From contig JBHGNT010000001.1 in NCBI GenBank assembly GCA_043228905.1, forward strand, positions 2,170,001 through 2,234,000: DNA of 64,000 bases. The letters are read 5' to 3'. The translations under genes and the position numbers were made by a program. Below the pieces are notes generated by a model that had not been told where the DNA came from, did no database searches, and saw only the letters and a list, made by a program, of their open reading frames with translations. Origin of the DNA: Azolla caroliniana. Lineage: Eukaryota; Plantae; Polypodiophyta. Positions 39,277 through 50,659 of this stretch are shown in pieces. The stretch's first letter is position 1. Every line of letters begins with the position of its first letter.

Positions 39277-42200
39277 ATGGCGACGAAACCTCTGTTTTTG
39301 CCCTCTTCAACACACGTATGTTTTCCTACACTGACACCATATCTGTATTCATTTAACCAGATTAAATTATCTCAAACTCTTCTTCTTCATCATCATCATT
39401 ATCACCAGTGCAGACGAAACGGGAAGTTGAGAGGCCAGAGTAGAAACCCTAATCCTAGAAAGGCACTTCCATTTTCTTCTCGTGTTATCATAAATCCCCG
39501 AGATCCATTTTTTATTATCAATGGCTGGGAACAGAACATTGGAGAACTATGTCAACAAATTCGATATTTTCTATGTAATTCTAGCCATATTTCAGTTTTA
39601 AGCGGTAAAATTCGGCAGATTTTTTCGTTATTTCGAGCCATTGCAATTTCTCTGTCTTTATTATTTCTTCTCGGAGCTCGATCGACAGCATTAGCTTCTT
39701 CTCATCAGCACAAAACAACTAGTGTCCTGGTTTCTGCATCAGTTCCATCTCAGAAAGAGAATGTAATTAGGGTTTCCAGGTATGTTACCCAAATTCACAT
39801 CTTTAATTCAATGATTTGCGTAGTTAATCACAAAGAAAATAATTGTATAATTAATGATGTCTTAACTTAATGAAAGAACACTTACCATAGATAATGGAAA
39901 ATTAAGTTAATATCCAATCATTAACGTAAGTAATGGAATGAATAGTATCATTAATCAAGCGTATAGGAGTGTCATCTAATATCAAAGATTAGCATACTGA
40001 ATCCACAGAAAGAGAGAGAGAAGCATGGCCAACGGTTAGCATAATTTTAATAAAGAATTATCTTAATCAGAAGGAAATCTGGAGTAATCATTAACATAAT
40101 CAATGAAGAATCAACTTAATGAGATACTAATAATGATTGAAGGATTAACGATTGACAAGAGAGAAATGCTATGACAATAATTTGCATAATTAATGAAGAG
40201 TTGACCTAATGAAAAAAAAAGCTAGTCTAGTCAGTAGTATGATAAAGTGAAATAAATTCGGTAACAAGAAATAAACCCTTTCAAATGTGGTTCCTTCTCA
40301 CAGCACGACCACTGCTGTTTCACACCTGAATGCCGATGGTGATCATGCTCTGAACGAATATCCTGCTGATGAGAACTTGGAATCTGGTGTAAGGAATGAA
40401 TATTCTGGGGATAATGGACAATATGAACCAGAGTCTAGTGTTGGGAGTGATGTTACTGAGAAGGAAAATTTCCCTAATGAGCAACAGATATCAAGCAGTT
40501 ATGAAGAGGGATCAACTCAGGAGATCAAGGAGGAACATAATGACAACGATGATAACATTGAGGAGTACGATGATTTTTACATCGAGGAGAATGTTAAGGA
40601 TACTTCCATACAACAGATAGCCAAGGATCAAGGTGAGTTGAAAGTTTGATTTTCCTTTCTTTTTCTTGAGGTAAGGATGTGTAAGTGAACACACTTGTTG
40701 ACAAGAAAGTCTTGAAGACAGTTTTTCCACAATGATATCTTTAACATTAAAACAAAATAAAAAATGACTTGTGAGTGTTCAACCTTATCGATGATCCTAT
40801 TGTTGAAAGTAACTTTTGACCTGTGTTTGCTGAGTATCAATGTATTTTGGTGGTATTAATAGATGTTAAGGATATGGAGAAGGTTTTGGAGCGTTGGAGT
40901 TCAACACCATACAGGTTGACAGTTCCGTTGAGAGTCGTAAGCCTCAGAGGATCTGTACCTCCAACATGGATCCAGGTCCTCTATCAGATTAGTCTGCATC
41001 ATATGTGCTTCAGTGTTTCCTTCTGAAAAAACAGTTATAGCCATAAAAAAACCCTGAAACATGTGTTTTTGTTTTTTTTCTCCAACTTTACTTCGTCCAC
41101 CCCTCTAAAAGAGAAGAAGGAGATAACAAAAGTGACCTCATATAGCGCATATAATAGTTTGAAGGAGAAGTTGAGCTATAGATATTTGAATAAAATAAAT
41201 CAGGGCATTTCAGAGTTTTTTTTCGCCTCTGAAGTTTCAATGCATAAATTCTCTAGATGGTTATGCTGAAAATGTGATCTCTTTGTAAGGCAGGATTTCA
41301 GGATTTCCCAGGGCAAAAGAGTTAGGGCAACGGTAGAAAACCAGGGTAATTTAGGTGACATTATGTCTGCCTTGTCAGCAAGCATGGAAAAGAAGCAAAT
41401 AAAACCACAATCAATCATGGCAGCCGACATTGTTACAATTGGGGACTCATGGCTCCAAATTGCTATTTCTAAGGGTTTGATTGAGCCGATTGAAAATGCA
41501 GAGCAATATGATTGGTTCCAGCGATTAAGTTCAAAGTGGCAGGTAATTTAACTGTCATGTTAATTGGCTGCCATGTGGATAGATGGTTTATTATTTGAGC
41601 AGCTTTTGTTTGCCATTGTTTGCATTTAATAATATGCAATGCTATGACAATTACAGCCATTTTTTTAAAACTATGCGGGACCTTGGTTGGGGTTCAGGAT
41701 TATTTACGAAGAGATCAGGAGGGTCGTATAGACAAACATGGCCGAATCTGGGGAGTCCCATATAGGTGGGGGAGCATGGTGGTGGCATTTAGAAAAGACA
41801 AGTTGTCACGAAATAACATACCTGGAATAGAGGTATTTACCACAATTGTCATATGATGTTTGAGTTGGGAAAATAAAGTAAGATAAACAATGGAGTTGGT
41901 TTATAGCCACCCACAATTTCACCTGTTGTCTAAGTTTAGATGGATGAATGTTTTCCGATACATATTCATTTATAAGGATTGGGAAGATCTGTGGAGACCT
42001 GAACTTACCGGGAGGATTGCCATGGTGGATTCACCAAGGGAGGTTGTTGGTGCTGTTCTGAAATCTCTCGGTGCATCATACAATGCCCGTGATTTCGACA
42101 ATGAGGTTGATGGTGGAAGAGAGGCGGTAAAACAGCGATTTATTGCGTTTCGGAAACAGGTATATGGTGTTAGCATTTATGCATCATTGGCTTTTCTCTA

Positions 42201-43233
42201 TGGATCTCAGTTCTAAGTGGGCATGGAACAATCCTTTTAAATTTATGAAACTTAAGCATTGGCTCTTCAATTCAATTCCATGAAGAAGTGGTTTTGATGA
42301 ATCTGAAAATCACATAACATGTCTCAAGTAAAGCATAAAATTTCTAGGCCAGATTGGTAAATGCTTTATGTGCAAAATGTATATATAAACAAAAGTTTTC
42401 ATGCATTGTGTTGGTCGTTCATAATTACAAACTTATTTGCTTATCTTCATCTACATGCATTATCTAGAATTAATACTTGATTTAGTTAATGACAAGGAAG
42501 TCTGTGGTCTTTTGAACAGGTGAGACTGTTTGATAATACACACTATCTCAAGGCATTGGCTTCTGATGATGTTTGGGTTGCTATTGGATGGTCTAGTGAT
42601 GTCATCCCTGTGGCAAAAAGGATGTCAAACATGCGAGTGATTGCCCCAAAGTCGGGTACAAGCTTGTGGGCTGACCTATGGGTAGGTAACCAACCATTTT
42701 CAACATACAATTTGATAGAAAAGGTTGCAAGGTTTAACATGTGATTTAAACACAAGCTATAGGGTTTAACATATGATACAATCACGAGGTGAACATGTGA
42801 TAGTAATCAACGTATCTCATACCTTTTCCTTCAGGCCATACCTGCTGCTAGGACCATTCCAACAGATAAGATAGGGTCTCGTGTTTATCGAGCATCCCCA
42901 CTTGTGCAACAGTGGTTTGATTTTTGCTTACAACCGGCCCGAGCTGAGCCTTTTCGACAAGGAGTGTATGCAGGTGCTTCTCCTCTTTCTTATGTTAATG
43001 ATAGGGAGCTGATGAAGGATGATCAAGATGATCGAATCATAGCGAGAGTTATCAATTCACGTGGTCCGAATTTTGATACGAATCTCATTGAAGGGGTTCC
43101 ACCTAAAAGCTCCATGGAAAAAAGTGAATTTCTTGAGCCACTTTCAGATAAATCCATCCAGGATTATGAATGGCTTTTTGCACAAGTTAGAGAGCAAGAA
43201 AGTCATAAGAAAGGCTTTCTGAATTTGGTATAA
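39277..43233 (+). CDS. Plastid-targeted PotD-like spermidine/putrescine-binding protein (ENF2/At1g31410-like), 8 exons
   Basis: Inferred exons 39277-39779, 40304-40632, 40863-40975, 41294-41542, 41698-41832, 41977-42159, 42520-42681, 42835-43233. Motifs include LRGSVPPTWIQDF, ADIVTIGDSWL, WGVPYRWGSMV, DWEDLWRPELTGRIAMVDSPREVVG, WVAIGWSSDVIP, PKSGTSLWADLWAIP and SEFLEPL. The N-terminus is transit-peptide-like. Confidence 0.9.
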
Positions 43234-44577
43234 TGACTTATCATTTTCTTTGAATGCCTGAATTCTATATGAGATGGCCAAAAGGTAGTAGGGCCCAAAG
43301 TCGCTTCTCATCTATGTATCTGGTTGTGAAAGCTTCCAATCAGCATTTTTTGAAGTTTCCTAGTTATTATTATAGAGGATGAAAATGCTTACTTGAATGA
43401 AGTGGTTTTCTCTTGTTGAAAACATTTCATGTGGAATGAAAATAGTTTTGCATTTAAGTCCCAAAAAACATGTAAAAAGTAAATGGATTTATTATATCCA
43501 AAGAAATCGAAATGTTTAGTATTACTGCAAGAATAATGCTCATATTGATTGTCATTTATATTGTACACTGTACATATTGTCGTAATGAACCATGATAATT
43601 TATAAGGCAGATTAAGGTCACAAATTGTAGGATAAATTTGTGTGTACATTGAAATCTTTGGAGGGATTGTTTGTTTGTGATGATTTAGGTTACAAAGTAT
43701 GGAATTAAGTTGTGTAAGAAACAGATACTCCAATAATGTTTATTTGTGAACCTAATAAGGTCTTTGAATGAGGCACCAGGTCACCACCCAAACTTTTGAT
43801 GAGGATTGTAGGGGACCAACTTAGGTGGAATTCTAATTTGTTCATTGTTCATTCCTTGTAACTGATTTATACATTGTCTAGATCTTTGTTCATGGTTGAG
43901 ATATTTTAGCAACTTCATTCACCATTTAGATATTTGCAAGCTGTTTCGATCTAGTTGTTTTTTTACTAAGTTTGTTACCCATTGATAATGTCTCAAAAAT
44001 CCTAAAATTGAGCTCAGTCCATGCAGCTCCTATGTACAATTAGAAACTCTGCTACCAACACAATTTTGATACATAGAGAGTTGTCTCACAATCAAGAATA
44101 TTGCAGTGGAAAACCTGTATCAAACAGGTACTTTGTACGAGGTCAGTTTATATTAGATTATTATCAACAAGTGACAAATATTTCATTTACAACCGTCTTA
44201 TCTATTGAAAGCTTCCAAAATAAATTGCAAATAAACTCGAATAGCTCTTTAACTTGTATAAAACATTTAACGCATATACGTTATCAGCATTATCAGATAA
44301 TGATATGAACAAATCATTTTTCAAGCATACCCTTAAAAGTTAATTTGAAGGATGTTCCTAAAAAAAGGGGTTTGTTCAGCTATCCAAATTGTAAATTATA
44401 ATAGGAATATAATGAGTGAACAATCAAAACTGAGGTAAAGATATCAAAATAGCATTGACAAAATTTTCACATTCATTTTATAACCATAATTAAAATCAGA
44501 AGGAAATCCTTTGAAATTTCCCAAATTTAGATTTTTTCTACCAAAGTTTTTAAGTTACAAATGTGCATTACAGATAC

Positions 44578-45470
44578 TTAAACCATGCTTAACAGCAATG
44601 ATAGGATTGAAGCAGCAATTATGGATAATGGATTTGAAACTGAGGATACAGTTACTCCAATGTTCTGCATGCCCAGAGAATGGAAAGTTAGACTGAGATT
44701 CAATAATATCACATAATAAAGAAAAACAAAGACATCTGTAGGTTTCTTTTTAAATCTAGTTATAAAAATGTGTTCAGACATTTAGTTTGCTCAGGCAGTC
44801 TTTTACACTTAAGACTCATAATAGTGACCTGATGGTCATTTCCTAGTAAATATATATTGTGTGGTTTGATCGGTCACATTATCATTTACTAAAGAAAAGT
44901 GTGGATGTGTTTGTGCATGCAGATATGTGTACATGTAAGTGGCTATAGTCATATAACACAAGGAGTTTACCATGAGAGGAGGCATTGAAGGAGATGAAGA
45001 GGATGATGATGTGGGATCAATGGCTGCAATAACAGGGGCGATCACATCAGGCAAAGGTGAAGATGCCAACTGAAAGCCACTAGTCGATGATGATAATGTT
45101 GATGCTGATGTCGACGATGATGGTAAACTTATCGATGTTGATGATAATGCTGTTGACATTGTCGATCTTACCACTATTGAAAACTTTTGCCCACTTCCAC
45201 AATGATTCCCCTCTGCCTCTACTTTCTTGTTGCAGCCGAAATAAAACACACCCTCTTTGGCTGCCTTCCACTATACACAAATTTACACATAGAAAACAGA
45301 CATTAATTCATACCCTCCCTGGCTGCCTTCCACTATGAAAAACTCCTTTTAACCTCACACAAACAGCTTTGTGGATATATATAACCATGAGATTGTTGCA
45401 TACAAACCCTAATGCGTGTCTGTAGAGGAAATATATGTCACAGTATAAAAACCTAATCCTAACTAAACAC

Positions 45471-45522
<52 letters not shown>

Positions 45523-45723
45523 GAAGGGAGTACTAATGTGGCAATTTTCTTTATTGGAGTAAGTGGTAATTCTTTCCTCAGTCGAGTGTTCATCTTGCCT
45601 ATTGGCAATTCAACATGTTCCACAACCCATGTAGTGTAGTTAATGGGTGACCATACTCCATTGTCACACCCATTGTAAGTAATGTTTTTTACATACATTT
45701 ATTAATATAATTGTGTGTTTTCA

Positions 45724-45774
<51 letters not shown>

Positions 45775-47022
45775 ATAGATTTGTTTTAACTTCAATTACC
45801 ACATAGCCACCCAAATCTCCAGAATCCAAGACCTTTGCATGGGAGAAATCACAGCTCTGATAGGCATTTCTGTCGGGCAGTAAGTTCACATTGTGAAGGC
45901 CTCTTGAATACTTGAAGACTGTTCAGAGTACTCCATTCACAATTAGAATAAGGGAGCGGCTCAAAATATTGGCACAATTCAAAAAATATAATCTATTATA
46001 TTCACAATTAAGAAGACTTGGTGATAATAGAGTTTACATTAATAGGTTAATAAATAGAATAGATTCAAATCCTGTTCTAATTATGAATAAAACAGATTAA
46101 AAAACTGGTCATAATACAGTTTACATGAATAGATATAAAGACTGGTCATAATTTAGTTTGTATGAATAGGTTACATTACACAATTATATGAACTGATGAA
46201 AGTAAAGGGATAACCATATAGTTGTATTTGTAGATCCTTAAACTGAGTAGATTACATACAACAAACTTACAGAATGGATTCAAAAAAATATTGATCATAA
46301 AACAGTTTACATTACTATATTACTAACAATATCTGACCAGAATAGACGCAAAAGCTGAATAGAGTAATGAAAAAATAACACTCGAAATGCTGAAATAAAT
46401 AGACTCCAAAAACTGAATAGAATGACAACACAACAGTCAAATGAATAGATCAAATGCTGATGTTAACATATCCAAAAAATTGAATAGATCAATGGCAGCA
46501 TAATAGCAGCATGAATAGATCATATAATGACGCGAATAGATTCAAAACACTTAATAGATTAATGGAAACATAACAGTTACAAGAGCGGGTCATATATTAA
46601 TGACAATACAATAGGTACATGAATAGGTCATATGCTGACATGGATAGATTAATGACAACAAATAGTTACATGAATAGGCCAAATATACTGACATGAATAG
46701 ATTAATGACAACATAGTAGTTACGTGAATGGATTTAGTAAGAATGAATAGGATATTACATAGAGATAGATTATATTGAGAGAAAAATATAATGTCTTACC
46801 TAGTTGATCTCCAACCCTAACATGTTGTGATGAAGCCCATTGAATATAATCCGGAACTTGGAAGCTTTTTATATCGTAGTTAGTCCATCCCATCTGATTC
46901 CCAACGATAATCGTTCTGGATTCCACGACCATAATAAAAGATACTAAAACCAGCAATAGAGTAAATAAACCTCTGTGTCTTCTTCCTCTTTCTATCAGAG
47001 GTTGTCTGAAAGCAAAAGCCAT
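44578..47022 (-). CDS. Phytocyanin (stellacyanin-like blue copper protein) with Ser/Pro-rich stalk and GPI-anchor-like C-terminus, ~242 aa, 4 exons
   Basis: Exons 47022-46800, 45918-45800, 45270-44971 and 44664-44578 join in frame. Signal peptide LFTLLLVLVSFIMVVES; IVGNQMGW...YIQWAS...VGDQLVFKY..GLHNV...YQSCD...FYFGCNK...GNHCGSGQKF gives His, Cys, His, Gln ligands; hydrophobic end IIAASILSLLLSMV*. Confidence 0.9.
45475..45770. repeat. Two long (GA)n microsatellites in phytocyanin intron 2 bracketing ~205 bp of unique sequence
   Basis: GA runs at ~45475-45520 and ~45727-45770. Confidence 0.85.
46030..46740. repeat. Degenerate minisatellite in phytocyanin intron 1
   Basis: Many copies of ACATGAATAG(A/G)T..ATGACA / AGTTACATGAATAG. 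Confidence 0.7.
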
Positions 47023-50000
47023 AGCCTTCCTCACAAGAAGATTTGTTTTTGAGTAGAACAATATGAAGCTTCTTAAGAAAACCTCGCTAAAGTGCAGTCT
47101 ACTGAGACACCTTAATGCCAATGTTTTTGAGAAGCCTTAATTAATGTGTACCCTGATACGGATCATTTTGAGAAACCACTTTATAGAACCTTAATAATGA
47201 GGTACCCTAACAAATGTGGAAGCTTGCTGAGACGCCCTAACAAATGCGAAGCTTTCTACGAAACCCTAAAACAAAATGCGAAGTTTTGGGAGAATCCCCA
47301 ATTCGAACATTCTAGAGAAAACAAAAGCCCTAATAAGGTGTTTTCTGTGAGGGCCTAAATATTCGACGAATTCTTTTAGAAGAAGAAAGAATGAATGAAA
47401 GAAAGGACCCTAATCTGAAGCTCTCTGAGAAGCCCTAAAACCCCAAAAAGCGAGAGAGAGCAATGGTGGTGGTGGGGGGGGGGGGGGGGGGGGGGGAGTG
47501 GAGGGGCGACAGAGCGACAGAGTTAAAGAACAGAGCTTTTTTATTGATATTTGTTTTTTTGTTCTGTTTTTGTCAGTTCAAACTTGGCGCTATTTTGTTT
47601 GTTTTTATGCAAGAAGAGAATTTGATTGAAGTTAAGACCGAGAAATGTTTTTAAATAGCCGGTCGGTGGTCGTGGTGGGTGGACAAAGTATGGCAGAAGA
47701 ACATGTCCACGCACAGGATGGGCTCTACGCCCAGACCAGCCGCTCCATCCCAATCTCTCCCACACCTTTTCACTCCATGGACGGAGTTTGTGATCGATCG
47801 ATCAAGTCTGTGTATGTCTGTGTATGTGCCTATGTGATGTGTGTATCTGCACCGTGGCCTCCTAGAGAATCGGGCAGTTGCAAGGACTGCATCGATATTG
47901 CCTACTCGGGAAAAAACGGAGCCTTGTATTGTCGCAAAGCATATTTATTGCCCTTCGTTCGAGAGACGAGTCGTTTGATCTTCATTCGGTACGAGGCCCC
48001 CACACCCCATCGACCATAACGGACGAACCTACCATTACACATGTAAAAGGATAACCATTGAAGAACCCGACAACTTACAAGCTACATTACCATTGGGTAC
48101 AAAAAGTGTCAAAGTATGTACACTATTAGTTCGTACCACTTTTAGACCCTAGAAAACAAAAATAATGTCTTGCGAAGAAAGAACATTAATGAGTGTTTTT
48201 AGGAAGCCAACAAAAACGCATCTTACTATAGTTAATTGAAAATCCTATGACATCCTACTAGTTAGCATATAGAGTTTATAGCTATGCTTGTTTAAAAACA
48301 ACTTCTCTTTTTTGTCTTAGTCCCCCCATGTCCCCTTTATTGATCCTTGGGACAAACAATCCATATGGATGCATTGTGCTTCTTTCATTTTTACTTGGGA
48401 ATACAATGTTCCAATTTAAAATGTTAACATCAAATTGTTGTTGTGTCGTTGCTTGGTTTGTCATTCTCGAGTTTACGATAATCAGATGATTCGATGTTGA
48501 TCTTCTTTGTAATGTCATTCCCCCATTGTTGAATGTGTCGATGCCGCCAACTCGATTTATCTCTTCTTCGAGCGATTGTGTGGCTCTATTTGTTTCTTTA
48601 CAAATATGTCGTTTTGTGATGCAAAAAAAAAGTTGTCATTTGTTGGAGATGAATTATACAATGTGTCACTTTGATATTCTCGATCATCTCTTCTTTGTAA
48701 TATCCTCTTTATCAATTTTGCTCTCTCTACATAGATCTAAATTGAAGTTTATAATATATATACCATTGTTGTTGACTTACCTACATCTCTTTTGTCTCGT
48801 AACCTGTCATAATGTTTTTTTCTGCCTTTACTTGTTTCCACTTGGTTGGAGGGATGAGAGAGTAATTAAATATAATATCTTGATGGCGTAATGCATTCTT
48901 TCACACTACATGGTGTACTTTCAAATTTTATAACCCTTCATACACACACATTTCTTACACACCTATATGCCTCGAACAACCTCCATTCTACATTATTTTA
49001 TGTGCTTTGTATCATTAGATGCAGCCTACCTTAGCCCCCAACATTATTCCAAATGTACAAGATAGAACTCTCACCAACTTGTATTAAAAACCCTTCCACC
49101 TTATCCGAACGAAAACAAATCACGAGTATTGAGTTTGCTTCACATAGGCTAAATGTTGTGTCTATATGTGAGGGGCATGTTGATCCATGACATATATGCA
49201 ATGAGTTCCCATTGACATGTTGATAGTTATTGTTCACATTGACATGCTAATAATTATACGTAAGAAATATTATACCAATTGATACTTTACCAATGAATTG
49301 ACATCCTTACAATGTCGATGGTGATCGTGTTCAAATACCCTTTTCCTATGGTGGTTATTGAGAATGAACGATTCAAAAACAACAAAAAAAATTATCAACA
49401 ATGTAGGAGACCATTAAGTATTTTCATATAACAAGCTTTGAAGGCGCAAAGGGTAAGAAGAAGCATAAAGTGGATGGTGGTAGCCTATTCACTTACTCCA
49501 AATGAAAGACAAACATAGGGTAATCAAAACAGGAAGTTGTTTCATGAGAACCCGAGAGAGAGTTAGAAAAATGTCCAAGCAGTGAGCAATAATATATACT
49601 GAATATGTATAGTTGCAAATAAATAAATGTACCAATTATTTATACAATGTCGACTATGTGTGCTAAGCATTTCTCTAATTTCATGTCATCGTCTTTCTAA
49701 AGTTTTTGATATTCCTTAATCTTGAATTAAAGATTCAATGTTGGATATTTTCTCACGATACTTCTTGGTTAAGAAAGACGAGATATAATTAGTGCCATTG
49801 AACTTATTCATGTAAAAATCGTAATCAATTCTACGAAAGACTGAAATTGATCGAATCATGAGTTAATAGAAGACCATTTATGAAGTTCTAAACTTTAAAG
49901 CATAATTATAGAGATTGAATCATGGTTTTAATAGTTCCTACAAGACTAATAATAAGATAACCATGAAATTAAAATATAAAACCTATTTATTAGGCATAAA

Positions 50001-50659
50001 ACTAAGTTGGCACTAGTTAGCCAGTGGTCAATTAACAACTATGTTGTTGTGTGCATAGTACGTAAAATTCGTGTTCCCTTTTGGAAAAAAAAAACGTGTT
50101 CGTCTAGCATAACATCCGTTTCCATACGGTGGAAAACGAATGCGAATGTTATTCAAACATTCTTGTTTTTTTTTCCCCCATTTTTTTTTTTTTGTTTTTT
50201 CCATTTTTTAGGCTTACTTATCTCATAAAAAATCGTTAATCCAAAAGTATGGTATTTATCATTCTTTGAGGGTGTTTTTCTTACATGAAACATTTGCGAA
50301 TGAGAAAATACACGTATGGTGCGTATGGTTCATACTATGGAACTTGTGTGTGAAAAGAGTAATGGACCAAGGGGGCAGTTTGGGAAATAAAGGAAAAGGA
50401 AGGGGCATTTGGGGGGGGAAATAAAGAAAAGTTCAGGGGTATTGCCACAATTTTATTTACCCACTACATACATACATATAATGATATATGTATGTACATA
50501 TGTATCTCCGTCTTCATGGATATATCCACAGAGATGCTCTGTTTCCATCATGAATTTATCAGAGAAAACAGCCTAGGACCCACCTGGGATGATGAGGTTC
50601 CCTTGATCTTTCCTAGAAGTGAAATGAAGACCGAACGAAGGAACTGACTGTAGCGATAA

